A stretch of DNA of 64,000 nt from a virus. Below the pieces are notes generated by a model that was not told the DNA's origin, made no database searches, and was given only the letters and a program-made list of their open reading frames with translations. Shown here in pieces: positions 30,296 through 40,129 of the stretch; positions within the stretch are counted from its first letter, which is position 1, and every line of letters starts with the position of its first letter. Position numbers and translations under genes: made by a program. The stretch covers positions 6,109-70,108 of IMG/VR virus record IMGVR_UViG_3300032373_000004; one strand, written 5' to 3'.

Positions 30296-31081
30296 TTAAA
30301 TTGTTCCTGATTGTTTATAAAACCCTGTTAATACATCCTCACCTCTAAGTACTTTACTAGCGTATGTTTTAGTTGAACGTGTAGTAGCTTCAAAAGATTC
30401 TTTTATTGAACTAGTATCATTTTTATGACTAAGGGTATTAGATTCATCTATTTTTAATACAGATATTACGTGTCTGACATCTTTTTCTGTTCCAACAAAT
30501 GTTACAGTAATATTATCCCTTTTACAGATATTTATTAATTTCTTAGCTTTTTCTAAGCTTCCCCAATTACTATCATTATCTCTACCATCTGTAAAAATCT
30601 TAACAATTACTTTTTCATTATCTTTTTTATTATCTAATAAATTAGATAATGTTTCAACTATAGCATCATATAATGCAGTATTACCATGATATACATTTAA
30701 TGGAAAACCAGCTTCTTTTATAGGTAATTTAGAATATTCTAAATTATACCTACCTTGTGAAGAAAATGTAATTAATGTTTGAATATAATTTACATTTGTT
30801 TCTTTTTGTAACTCAGCTATTTCTATCTCAATCCCTGATTTAGCAGCTTGAAATTTGGTTTGGTCACTGCCATTATACCATGTCATAGAAGCAGAAGAGT
30901 CTAAAATATGTACATTATGGACAGTAACATTACTTTCAACATTAGATATTTGATTAATTAAATGTTGACGATATTCGTCTGGTGTATCAAAACCAGCTCT
31001 GTTTGCAAGAACTAACCTACGATTTTTATTTGCTTTCTTAAAGTCGTAAAGTAATTCTTCTTTAGTTTTTAATTTTTTCAT
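30296..31081 (-). CDS. vWA domain protein (261 aa)
   Basis: MIDAS HILDSSASMTW (DxSxS), later T and D ligands. Confidence 0.55.
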   Translation of the reverse strand: MKKLKTKEELLYDFKKANKNRRLVLANRAGFDTPDEYRQHLINQISNVESNVTVHNVHILDSSASMTWYNGSDQTKFQAAKSGIEIEIAELQKETNVNYIQTLITFSSQGRYNLEYSKLPIKEAGFPLNVYHGNTALYDAIVETLSNLLDNKKDNEKVIVKIFTDGRDNDSNWGSLEKAKKLINICKRDNITVTFVGTEKDVRHVISVLKIDESNTLSHKNDTSSIKESFEATTRSTKTYASKVLRGEDVLTGFYKQSGTI

Positions 31082-31526
31082 TTAAATTGTATTTTAAATT
31101 ATATTGTTCAATTCTAGTTTTATACAAGAATAATAAATCTATATTCCTATAGATACTTTCTTGACAATTCTTTAATTTTTTCTGGTAAAAAGCTCTAGTA
31201 ATTTTAGGACGTAATTTAGACTTATATTCTTTTTTTTCAGAATAAAGCCTTTCTAATATTCTAGTATATATTCCAATTCTCTTTAAATTTCTTTTATTGA
31301 CAATCCAATCTATACCTTTTATAAAACCTAATTTTAAAATAGTTTTATATTCTTTATCTTTAACGTCATCATAAAAATCACTTCGTCGAACATCCTCTAA
31401 CTTAAATAAATTAGAGGATTTCGATAACTTAAAACCTTTGTAGATTATAAATTCATTTTCACCTGAGCCAAAGATTGTAACATTAGCCTTTTTAGCTTCA
31501 TTAAACCAATCTTGTAATATACTCAT
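31062..31526 (-). CDS. hypothetical protein (154 aa)
   Basis: ORF overlapping downstream vWA gene by 20 nt. Confidence 0.45.
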   Translation of the reverse strand: MSILQDWFNEAKKANVTIFGSGENEFIIYKGFKLSKSSNLFKLEDVRRSDFYDDVKDKEYKTILKLGFIKGIDWIVNKRNLKRIGIYTRILERLYSEKKEYKSKLRPKITRAFYQKKLKNCQESIYRNIDLLFLYKTRIEQYNLKYNLNEKIKN

Positions 31527-31591
31527 ATCTTTATCTTTGTTTATAATACAAATATATAAAGCGAATATTTAATAACCTAATTTTTTAGTAA

Positions 31592-32401
31592 TTAATTTAT
31601 ACCTTTTAAACCTTTTACAATAGCTGTTTCTGAACCGAACACATTATTATTACCATACATTGATATACCTGCTTTAGCGAATGATTCCATCACTTCTAAC
31701 TCACGTAATTTAAGTACTGCTGGTCTCGATAATAACTCTTTGGTTTTATAATCCCATTGAGCTTTTTCAAAATCTCCTTTACCTTGAGCTGCTTTTGCTT
31801 TAGCTAACGCTGTTTGTTCTGCTTCTTTTTTACTGGCTAACTCATTTTTACCTATTTGTACTGCTGTTTCTTCGGCTAATCTTGATATACCTTCTGGTAT
31901 GTTAATATCTGTAAACCTAACACGTTTAAATTCAACAAAAAATTCTGGTAACTCTTTTTTCAATATCTCAGCTAATTTATCTTCCCCTTCGGCTCTTTTA
32001 TTTTTATTTAAATCAACTGCTGAATATTGAGGAACTACCTCTTTAGCTGCTGATGATAGTGATGTTACAATCTTAACGTCTATGTCACTAATACCAACGT
32101 GTAATTTATTAACACTTGCTGGGTCTAAATTATAATCTAAAGCGACAGAAACAGTAGTAATCATATCATTCTTATCATTAAATGAGAATTCTTTAACTAC
32201 AGTATGTTCTCTAACATCGTATTCTACGACATCATCCCATAACCAATGGAATCCTCCATTCATACCTTCTGGTAAAATTGTTTTCATATTGGTTTCACCT
32301 CCCCAAGAAACTTCAACTCCTTTATGTCCAGAGCTTACTGTTGTACAGGACATTACAGTAAATAATAATCCTAATGTTAATAGTTTAAATAAATGTTTCA
32401 T
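31592..32401 (-). CDS. SPFH/band-7-like lipoprotein (putative)
   Basis: Lipoprotein signal MKHLFKLLTLGLLFTVMSC; Ala/Lys-rich coiled segment LAKAKAAQGKGDFEKAQ typical of HflK/C-type proteins. Confidence 0.4.
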   Translation of the reverse strand: MKHLFKLLTLGLLFTVMSCTTVSSGHKGVEVSWGGETNMKTILPEGMNGGFHWLWDDVVEYDVREHTVVKEFSFNDKNDMITTVSVALDYNLDPASVNKLHVGISDIDVKIVTSLSSAAKEVVPQYSAVDLNKNKRAEGEDKLAEILKKELPEFFVEFKRVRFTDINIPEGISRLAEETAVQIGKNELASKKEAEQTALAKAKAAQGKGDFEKAQWDYKTKELLSRPAVLKLRELEVMESFAKAGISMYGNNNVFGSETAIVKGLKGIN

Positions 32402-32422
32402 AATTCTTTAATTGTTTTAAAT

Positions 32423-32743
32423 TTAACTTTCTTTTTTTGAATATGTTTTTTTAAGTAGCCACATCACTACTAACCCTAATATTAATACTGGATAAATTAA
32501 TACAATAATCCAATATAATACGAAAGACACGATTAATATACCTATTATACCTAATAAAAATACAAAAGCTGCTCCTAAATTATCAATCTCTTTATCTTCA
32601 ATAGACTCAAATAAATCATAATATATTGAATCTTCAAAGATTTCCCAGCTCATAAATAATCTTCTTATTTTACCTACAAATGGTGATAAAATAAGTATTA
32701 TTGCTGGAACAAATGCTAAAATCTTACCTAATGTCCAATACAT
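32423..32743 (-). CDS. small integral membrane protein
   Basis: Two hydrophobic helices (ILAFVPAIILILSPFV, AFVFLLGIIGILIVSFVLYWIIVLIYPVLILGLVVMWLL). Confidence 0.45.
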   Translation of the reverse strand: MYWTLGKILAFVPAIILILSPFVGKIRRLFMSWEIFEDSIYYDLFESIEDKEIDNLGAAFVFLLGIIGILIVSFVLYWIIVLIYPVLILGLVVMWLLKKTYSKKES

Positions 32744-32858
32744 AATTATTTATCTTTAGATTTCTTCCAACGTCTATTTGGATTTCTAAGCCACTCCCAA
32801 CTCATCCAAAAAGCCCATACTACCACTGCGATAGCTAATAAACCTAATGCCCCTTTCA

Positions 32859-33059
32859 TTAGAATGATATAACGTTACCTGATATAGAATACCCAGCGTT
32901 TATTAATTCTTTCTCATCTGATTCACTCAAATTCAAATTATTAATAATAGCTGCACTTTCTCCTGATGAAGCTGCTGCACGTATTGTATCAATCACCCTA
33001 CCTAAAGGGGTAACATACGCATCACTTAACTCTCTTGCTTGTTTTGCTGTAAATTTCAT
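32859..33059 (-). CDS. hypothetical small protein
   Basis: 66-aa ORF. Confidence 0.3.
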   Translation of the reverse strand: MKFTAKQARELSDAYVTPLGRVIDTIRAAASSGESAAIINNLNLSESDEKELINAGYSISGNVISF

Positions 33060-33071
33060 ATTTTATTTAAT

Positions 33072-33308
33072 TTATGTTAATTCAAAAAATTCATTAATCT
33101 TGGTAACTAAATTCGAATTCTTATCTCGAATTGCTTCCATACTCTTCTTGCTCTCCTGAGCATCTTTAATAATTTGTTCCTCTATAGCAATATCATCTTC
33201 AATTGCTTGATTAGCAGTTGCTAAATCAGAAACAGTAGCTTGAAATACTTTAAAAGCGTTAGCACTTTTATCAGTATGTTTTTGTACTCTAGTTTTTGTG
33301 TTAAACAT
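33072..33308 (-). CDS. hypothetical small coiled-coil protein
   Basis: 78-aa ORF. Confidence 0.3.
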   Translation of the reverse strand: MFNTKTRVQKHTDKSANAFKVFQATVSDLATANQAIEDDIAIEEQIIKDAQESKKSMEAIRDKNSNLVTKINEFFELT

Positions 33309-33321
33309 AATTGTTTTTAAT

Positions 33322-34833
33322 TTAATTGTTAATTTTATTAATTCTTTCTCTTATTTCAGTAAGAGTTGTTTGATTATGGAATGTTCCATTTTCAAATATT
33401 GTTTGCAAATAACCTAAATGTTCAATATTCCAAGGAATTTGGTCATATAGCTTATACTGTTCAGTATCTTTATCAAAATCAACTGATAATAAACCTTTAG
33501 CAGATTTTTTACTTCCATCAGATGTAATAGGGTCTTTAAAAATTTGTCTTCCAATAGATATAAAAGAACCTTCATTATCTCCTCCATCAATATTCTCTAA
33601 TATCTCAACATAGGTAGCTTTCATAGCGAACCCATGTGTATCTCTGGTAACATATTGATATGTAAAACTACCAATACCTAACACAATATTTGTAGAAGCA
33701 AAACCTTTATCTCTCAGTCTTCGTGTAATGTCTTTAGCTCTTTCAGGAGTTATAGAATCACCGTAAATTGCACCAATATGAGGGTCTAATACCTTATAAC
33801 CCTGTTCATTGATTGTTCCTCCAAATAAATCCCAAAGAACTTCAATGACTCCTTTACCAGAAGGTGATTCTGGAGATACAAATGAATCTACGTTATTTCC
33901 ACAAATAATATCGGCTGGGTCTCCAGAGTCAGGTCTTATTACTATCTTACCATCTCTGGCTAAAATTTCATCTTTAAGCACAGGTAAGTATTTAGTTAAT
34001 ACATCCCATAAATTCCAAGTATCGCTAACAATACTCAATATACCTGTAGGAAACTGCTTCATTAAATACCTAAATGTCTCAAGTTCACTATCATCACCTC
34101 CAGCACACATAACACTATGTTCAGTAGCGTTAACTGAACCTACTACAAATCCTTTCTCATCATAGTATTTACGAGCAGAAGCTATTGTAGGTAATGAATC
34201 ATCTCCTTTAAAAGATGTAGCATGACCTAATCCAGCATAAACTGTAGCATCAATACCTGCCATACCCCTCATCCCAAAATTATGTCCTTGGAAATCTACG
34301 AAGTCAATCGCTTGAGCATCTGTTTGAATACAAGCATCCGTTAAAATATCTTTATAATGATGAGCTGTAGTAGCTGCTGTCATAGGCATCCATAACATAT
34401 TAGAAATTAATGTTTCTAAAAAATTAGTTAACCAAAAGAAATCTGGGTCAGTATTATAAATAGTTAATACTGGTACACCATATGGTACAAATGTACCTTC
34501 TGGTAAAGCTTTAACTTTAATTGGTAAATGACCTAAATCATGTAACCTACCAATATGACTTACATCATAATCAGAATTTAAATATAATGAGTATTCATCT
34601 TTGATTTCAGTTAATACCTTAGTAAAATCTTTATTAAAAAATCCTTCATCAAACATTTCTTTAATTTGTCTCATTACCATTTGTTGACCAAACGATACTA
34701 CTCCTCTACCGCCTCTAACATTAGTATGTTTACCATGTCTAGGTGTAAAATTACTATACACAAGTGTTGTACCTTGTGGGTACATCATGTGATGACCTGT
34801 TTTATAACCATCGGTTATTAAGAATGGATTCAT
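33322..34833 (-). CDS. nadV: nicotinamide phosphoribosyltransferase family protein (NadV/NAMPT-like; possible Namat)
   Basis: Strong similarity to NadV throughout: DGYKTGHHMMYP, HDLGHLPIKVKALPEG, DFFWLTNFLETLIS. Confidence 0.9.
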   Translation of the reverse strand: MNPFLITDGYKTGHHMMYPQGTTLVYSNFTPRHGKHTNVRGGRGVVSFGQQMVMRQIKEMFDEGFFNKDFTKVLTEIKDEYSLYLNSDYDVSHIGRLHDLGHLPIKVKALPEGTFVPYGVPVLTIYNTDPDFFWLTNFLETLISNMLWMPMTAATTAHHYKDILTDACIQTDAQAIDFVDFQGHNFGMRGMAGIDATVYAGLGHATSFKGDDSLPTIASARKYYDEKGFVVGSVNATEHSVMCAGGDDSELETFRYLMKQFPTGILSIVSDTWNLWDVLTKYLPVLKDEILARDGKIVIRPDSGDPADIICGNNVDSFVSPESPSGKGVIEVLWDLFGGTINEQGYKVLDPHIGAIYGDSITPERAKDITRRLRDKGFASTNIVLGIGSFTYQYVTRDTHGFAMKATYVEILENIDGGDNEGSFISIGRQIFKDPITSDGSKKSAKGLLSVDFDKDTEQYKLYDQIPWNIEHLGYLQTIFENGTFHNQTTLTEIRERINKINN

Positions 34834-35240
34834 AAATTATAATTTTTAATTAATTCTTCTTCACTTTGAACCCAACAATCTTTATTATTAGGTTTCTCAT
34901 CACCGTTATAACAAATATAAGAAGGTTTATTAACTTGATAATTAACTACTCCATCTAAAGTTTGCAAACTTACTAATCTTGTATCAGTTATATATTCACC
35001 TATCCATATAGGTAATTTTTGATAACCTTTATCATCTGAAATCCATCCTACAGGAGAAGTTAGATTATCATTAGGTTGTACACCATGAGTAATAATACCT
35101 GCATCATCATGTTTAAGATATGCTCCATTTGGAAATTCCTGTACATTACCTTCTCCCCATTCTTCACTTTTATCAATAGTGACAGGACTAGGACAAAATG
35201 AGAAATTTACATTTCTTTGCTGACTTGTTATTTTTCTCAT
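34830..35240 (-). CDS. hypothetical protein (136 aa)
   Basis: ORF overlapping neighbours by 4 nt. Confidence 0.45.
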   Translation of the reverse strand: MRKITSQQRNVNFSFCPSPVTIDKSEEWGEGNVQEFPNGAYLKHDDAGIITHGVQPNDNLTSPVGWISDDKGYQKLPIWIGEYITDTRLVSLQTLDGVVNYQVNKPSYICYNGDEKPNNKDCWVQSEEELIKNYNL

Positions 35241-35602
35241 GATTTAATACCTTTAATGTATCTACTAGGGTTGTTACTAATTCTTCTTTCCCAAACCTCA
35301 GCTATACCTTTAAATACTCTATTCGTTAAATAATTAACTCCTATGATATCACTAGTTAAATTAGCTTTTGAATCTGCTCTACCTGATGAAATTTTCTCAG
35401 CTAATTCTTGATTAAAAGTATCTTCTTTCACTTTAACAGAATACCCTACTGATACATCTGATGCTGAATGAATAGGTTCTTTCTTAACAAAACTAAAACA
35501 TCCTGTTTCAATATCGTAATAATCTTTTGTTGTTTTTACACATAGTGTAATTTGTCTTTCACCTAATTCAAAAGTGTGAAAAACTGGTTTTTGCTTACTC
35601 AT
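35237..35602 (-). CDS. hypothetical protein (121 aa)
   Basis: ORF. Confidence 0.45.
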   Translation of the reverse strand: MSKQKPVFHTFELGERQITLCVKTTKDYYDIETGCFSFVKKEPIHSASDVSVGYSVKVKEDTFNQELAEKISSGRADSKANLTSDIIGVNYLTNRVFKGIAEVWERRISNNPSRYIKGIKS

Positions 35603-35621
35603 AATATATTGATTTTAATTA

Positions 35622-36410
35622 TTAATTTCTTCCTTTTTCTTCTGGATATAATTCTGTTAACAAATCTGATTGCCAAAACTGTTTAGTGTCTATATCCATA
35701 ATTGTTAATTTACCTTCAAAACCTCCTCCAGTATCTAAATTCCACACATTACTTCTATTCATAGGAACAATTATATTCCCCTGCTTAGGCTGTGTTTTAA
35801 TTTTATATTCTGGATAATGAGGTTTTATTTTCCAATTACCTGTTGAGGTATGACCAATGTAAATCTCTTTATGTTTCTCAAATCTTCTTGATTGAGGTGT
35901 TCCTCCTTCATGAATTCTACCATGAGATAGTAAAGCTAATTGCCATAAATCTCTATCCCAATAATAATCAGATTGATAATGTTCATGACCTAATCCTTTA
36001 CGTGAATGAAATCCACCATGTACAAATCCTCTATTATAATCATCTACATAGAAATTTAAAAGATTCTTAAAGAAAGTCCTATGTTCTTCAACAACTAATA
36101 ATCCTGAATTTACATAAGAATTAATTGTTGATTGACCTCCCTGTTGTGTCCACATTAAAGGTGCTTGACCGTATACTAACCAATCCTCACACCATTTATC
36201 ATGATTTCCTCGTAAGAATATAGGCGTGATAGTGGTATTATCCCTTATTTGGATAAGTTCTTCGATAACTTCTGCCGACTCTCCCCATCCGTCTACATAA
36301 TCTCCTAAAAAAATTAATTGGTCATTCGATGCGTTATATTCACATCTCTCTAAGATTTGTCTTAATGCCCTTAGTCCACCATGTATGTCACCTATTACTA
36401 ATGTTCTCAT
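35622..36410 (-). CDS. calcineurin-like metallophosphoesterase (PPP/ApaH-type)
   Basis: GDIHG, GDYVDGW, GNHD motifs. Confidence 0.75.
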   Translation of the reverse strand: MRTLVIGDIHGGLRALRQILERCEYNASNDQLIFLGDYVDGWGESAEVIEELIQIRDNTTITPIFLRGNHDKWCEDWLVYGQAPLMWTQQGGQSTINSYVNSGLLVVEEHRTFFKNLLNFYVDDYNRGFVHGGFHSRKGLGHEHYQSDYYWDRDLWQLALLSHGRIHEGGTPQSRRFEKHKEIYIGHTSTGNWKIKPHYPEYKIKTQPKQGNIIVPMNRSNVWNLDTGGGFEGKLTIMDIDTKQFWQSDLLTELYPEEKGRN

Positions 36411-36412
36411 AA

Positions 36413-37240
36413 TTAATAAAATAATTGTACAACTTCTAAATTAGTTGGATTATACATTGCTCCTCCTTCTGTGTCAGCCCAATATTCTTTAAATTTACTA
36501 TTAGTAGTAAATACTTTATCGAAATAATTAGTAATAGGGTCTATACCTAAATTCTGAACAGTCATATGACTAACCATTAAGTATAACTTACCACAGTTCC
36601 TTTCTCTCAATAATTTAGCTAACCCTTTAAATGTACCTCCATAAACACTTATATCGTCTACAATAAGTATATCTTTCCCTCCAAAATCTTCCCTATCTAC
36701 AATTTGTGATAGTGATGATTTTCCATTATCATACTGCCTAGCTTTAGATGCTGAATATGTTTCACCTCTCCACCCTATTTTATCAGATAACTTCATTAAA
36801 GGTTTGAATCCACCTGCATCAGAAGACATAAGTATCATGTCATTTACTGGAGATAATTTTCTTAAAACTTCATCTATAAGAATACTATTATCAATAATAT
36901 CTACACCTGTAAATAAAGACTCCACTACTTCTGGATTATGAGGATGGAATATACTCATTGAAATATTATATCCATCAACATATGTATCTAAAATTCTAGC
37001 TAATGTAAGTAAACCAGAAGATTGAAATTCATTAAATCTTTTGTCTGCTTGAGCATCAAGAAGACAAGGTATTGTTATATGTGCTTTAACTCTGTTATGA
37101 ATTAACACATCACAAAGTTGAGCTAAATGTATAACGCTTTTATAATCATTAATTCTAAAAGTAATCTCTTGAGTTGTGTTTTCCCATTCTTCTGGGATAG
37201 TAATATAACTCGTTCCGTCTGGATATTCATTTATCTTCAT
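36413..37240 (-). CDS. ribose-phosphate pyrophosphokinase (Prs)-like PRTase protein (possible ADP-ribose pyrophosphate synthetase, Adps-like)
   Basis: PRPP-binding loop ILIVDDISVYGGT; Prs-like segments PCLLDAQADKRF and MSSDAGGF; shorter (275 aa) than cellular Prs. Confidence 0.6.
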   Translation of the reverse strand: MKINEYPDGTSYITIPEEWENTTQEITFRINDYKSVIHLAQLCDVLIHNRVKAHITIPCLLDAQADKRFNEFQSSGLLTLARILDTYVDGYNISMSIFHPHNPEVVESLFTGVDIIDNSILIDEVLRKLSPVNDMILMSSDAGGFKPLMKLSDKIGWRGETYSASKARQYDNGKSSLSQIVDREDFGGKDILIVDDISVYGGTFKGLAKLLRERNCGKLYLMVSHMTVQNLGIDPITNYFDKVFTTNSKFKEYWADTEGGAMYNPTNLEVVQLFY

Positions 37241-37422
37241 ATACCTGCTCTTAGTTTAAACAATCTATGTAATCCTAATATTTGATAATACCCTTTAGTA
37301 CTACCTTGTACTCTTACAACTGATTTAATATTTAATGCTCTACGTTTCTTCTGTAGATTTTTTCTGGATTCACTCCAGAAATTTCTTTGACTTCTTTCTG
37401 TTTGATACATATATGTTTTCAA
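37237..37422 (-). CDS. hypothetical small protein (likely starts at internal ATG 37410)
   Basis: ORF; TATATTTG-type box 24 nt upstream of 37410. Confidence 0.3.
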   Translation of the reverse strand: MKTYMYQTERSQRNFWSESRKNLQKKRRALNIKSVVRVQGSTKGYYQILGLHRLFKLRAGI

Positions 37423-37433
37423 TTTATTTTATG

Positions 37434-37441
37434 CAAATATA
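37434..37441 (-). promoter_or_regulatory. putative -7 promoter box
   Basis: caaatata on + strand (rc TATATTTG) upstream of 37237-37410 gene. Confidence 0.35.
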
Positions 37442-37474
37442 TATAATAATTTTTATATTCGCAAGTTTTTTTCG

Positions 37475-37684
37475 CTAAATTATTTCTTCAAAACTACAGA
37501 AAGATTTACGAACTGTTAGTTCTTCTCCTTTCCTTTTAGAATTTTCAGGTAACATTGTTCTGGTTGCACCATTTAATATCTCACCTGTTACCCAAGTATC
37601 TCCTGATACATCCGTCATCCTCATTGTAAATATCCCTTTACGAGAATGGTTTATTTTATAAACTTTGTTTTTTTCTAACACCAT
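37475..37684 (-). CDS. hypothetical small protein
   Basis: 69-aa ORF. Confidence 0.3.
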   Translation of the reverse strand: MVLEKNKVYKINHSRKGIFTMRMTDVSGDTWVTGEILNGATRTMLPENSKRKGEELTVRKSFCSFEEII

Positions 37685-37700
37685 GTTATATTTTTTTAAA

Positions 37701-38981
37701 TTATTTACCTCCTATTTTTACCCACATATCTTCAATACGTTGTTCAAATTCTTCTTCTGTTTCATCATGTTTAATTTCAGGCATACCTACTCTCGAACCG
37801 AAAGTGTAAGAATATTCTAACATACATTTTACTGACGGTATCATTCTTTTACCTCCATCAACATAAGTATGTCCATCTAATATACAATCTTGTAAAATCT
37901 TAGGAGTTACAGGAATTACTTCATTAGGAAACATTCTTATCGTACCTTTATCTGTTTGAAATTCAACTGTTGGTATACCATTAAACTTATCATCAATTTT
38001 TAAAGTACACGTACCTATTTCAGCTACACTTGTAGTAACAGTTGTATTAGGATTTTTAACAATCATAAACAAAGCTGTTTCATCATATTCAAAAGCTCTA
38101 ACTAATCTTTCAACTTTTTCATAAGTCGCTTCTTGAACATAATCTGTAAGATGACCCATACCCATATATGTACCTATATTATCTTTCATGTCAGATATCA
38201 TCTGATGTACTTGTCTCCAACTTTTAAGATTTACAAACTTTATATCTTCTGGAGTTAGATTACCTCCTTTACCTAGTCTATAATATACATATCTATCATC
38301 ATCTTCATCATAATAAAGATGATACATTTTAGCAATATCTTCATGCGTTATAGATTCATCAAATATAGCTTTTCTTTTATTCTCTTGAGAGACATCTGTT
38401 AAATCCATTGATAATAAAGAAAATGATAGTGATTCAAATTGTTTTTGATTATCAAGGTAAACTAAATTAGTATCTAAACCTTTAGATTTAGGAACAGATA
38501 ATAATTTTTTATATCTATATTCTAATTCATTATCTTCAACCATGTTTTCAATAATACCTAACACAGTTATACCTTTCTCCTCAAAGAAAGGAACAGTTCT
38601 TTCCACATCTGCTTTAGATAATTCACTTGGTTGACTAACTAATATTGCAGCACTTATTTTCAATTTCTTAATTAAAGCTAAATGAATATCTGTAATACTT
38701 GGTGGTGTATCAATTAATAATATATCTGGATTAACATCCTTAATTTTAGTAACTGACTCTCTCAAAAATAAATTAATCGTCGCTTTATCAAGGAACAACC
38801 CTGTATAATCATGATTAGATATTAAATCTTCACTAATTAAATGGTGCATTGAAGGAGTATTTAAGTCCATATCTAACACCATAACCTTCTTACCTGATTC
38901 TTTAAAAGCTCTATATAAACAATAAGTTGTAGTAGATTTACCTACTCCACCTTTACCTGAATAAGTTAAAAATGATTTCAT
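37701..38981 (-). CDS. ParA/MinD/Mrp-family P-loop ATPase with about 250-aa C-terminal extension
   Basis: Deviant Walker A SGKGGVGKSTT at residues 8-18, VLDMDLNTPS; C-terminal half without recognisable motif. Confidence 0.65.
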   Translation of the reverse strand: MKSFLTYSGKGGVGKSTTTYCLYRAFKESGKKVMVLDMDLNTPSMHHLISEDLISNHDYTGLFLDKATINLFLRESVTKIKDVNPDILLIDTPPSITDIHLALIKKLKISAAILVSQPSELSKADVERTVPFFEEKGITVLGIIENMVEDNELEYRYKKLLSVPKSKGLDTNLVYLDNQKQFESLSFSLLSMDLTDVSQENKRKAIFDESITHEDIAKMYHLYYDEDDDRYVYYRLGKGGNLTPEDIKFVNLKSWRQVHQMISDMKDNIGTYMGMGHLTDYVQEATYEKVERLVRAFEYDETALFMIVKNPNTTVTTSVAEIGTCTLKIDDKFNGIPTVEFQTDKGTIRMFPNEVIPVTPKILQDCILDGHTYVDGGKRMIPSVKCMLEYSYTFGSRVGMPEIKHDETEEEFEQRIEDMWVKIGGK

Positions 38982-39187
38982 ATCTCAAAATGTTTATTTA
39001 ATTGTTTAATTACATAATACTGTAAGTTTGCTAACCTACCTATACCCACAACATTGAATATCCAATGGGAAAATACTTCCCTGAATTGCTCAAATGATAG
39101 TGATATTTTACCTCCCATAATAGTATAATAAAAGAAATATACTTCCATCATATCTGTACTAGGGTCTTGAAACTGTTCTTTTGTCAT
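38978..39187 (-). CDS. hypothetical small protein
   Basis: 69-aa ORF overlapping neighbours by 4 nt. Confidence 0.3.
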   Translation of the reverse strand: MTKEQFQDPSTDMMEVYFFYYTIMGGKISLSFEQFREVFSHWIFNVVGIGRLANLQYYVIKQLNKHFEI

Positions 39188-39621
39188 AATTTCCTTTCAT
39201 AATATTTCAAATACACATAAGACTTATGATACTTTTTAATTCTCTCAAAATCTTTATCTCTAAGTCCTTTTAATCTAGTAATATCAGAATTATCTTCTAA
39301 GTCTGCTAACTTAACCAATATAGCATTAGTATTCATTGAAATACTGTGAATATATTGTTCATAATTCATTTCATTTGGGTCATGAGTTAATAATCTTAAA
39401 GCTGTTACAACTCTATCTGAAAAACCACTTTTAATAAGGTCTTCAAATTCCCATTTAGTATCTTCAACAAGGTCGTGCATAACTGCTATACATCTTAATT
39501 CTTCATCATTTTTAGGCATTTTATCCATGACTCTCAAACAATGTAAAATGTACGGATTACCACCTTTGTCTTTTTTACCTTCGAAGGCTTGTGCTACAAT
39601 TGATATTGCTCTACTTAACAT
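39184..39621 (-). CDS. HD-domain SpoT/MESH1-like small alarmone hydrolase
   Basis: HCLRV (His), IAVMHDLVEDT matching the SpoT hydrolase motif AAxLHDxxEDT; 145 aa. Confidence 0.7.
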   Translation of the reverse strand: MLSRAISIVAQAFEGKKDKGGNPYILHCLRVMDKMPKNDEELRCIAVMHDLVEDTKWEFEDLIKSGFSDRVVTALRLLTHDPNEMNYEQYIHSISMNTNAILVKLADLEDNSDITRLKGLRDKDFERIKKYHKSYVYLKYYERKL

Positions 39622-39628
39622 ACTTTAT

Positions 39629-40069
39629 CTATTTATAAGTTAGAAATAATACTTTAATTAATTTATTAGCTGAAAAAACTTCATTCAAAGCTTTTAATCT
39701 ATGGTTACCATCAATAACAATATAATTACCATTATCATTAAATACCTTAATTCTTTTGTAATTATCAGGGTCTTGTTTTAAATCATTTATTAATTTATCA
39801 ACCCAATCAGGATAATTAATTTCATGAGAATAATTTATATCTCCTAATTTCATTTCAATTTTACGAGCTGATAGTTTACCTTTAGATAAAATATCCCTAA
39901 GATGTTTAATATCTTTACGATATGATTTCTTATAATAAAATTTAGCTATTGATTTCCATTTACCCATCATAGCTTCTTGAAATATTATCATAATAGTCCA
40001 ACGAGTCTTTCTAAATCTGATTTTCTTACCTGACGGAAAGAAAAAATCATAAACTTTTTGTTTTTTCAT
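39629..40069 (-). CDS. ParB/sulfiredoxin-like nuclease (NTP-binding) domain protein
   Basis: YIVIDGNHRLKAL (GxxR box of ParB N-domain). Confidence 0.55.
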   Translation of the reverse strand: MKKQKVYDFFFPSGKKIRFRKTRWTIMIIFQEAMMGKWKSIAKFYYKKSYRKDIKHLRDILSKGKLSARKIEMKLGDINYSHEINYPDWVDKLINDLKQDPDNYKRIKVFNDNGNYIVIDGNHRLKALNEVFSANKLIKVLFLTYK

Positions 40070-40129
40070 GTTATTTAATTTAATTAGGTAAATAGAGGGG
40101 AATCGAACCCCTCATTACACACCAGTTAT

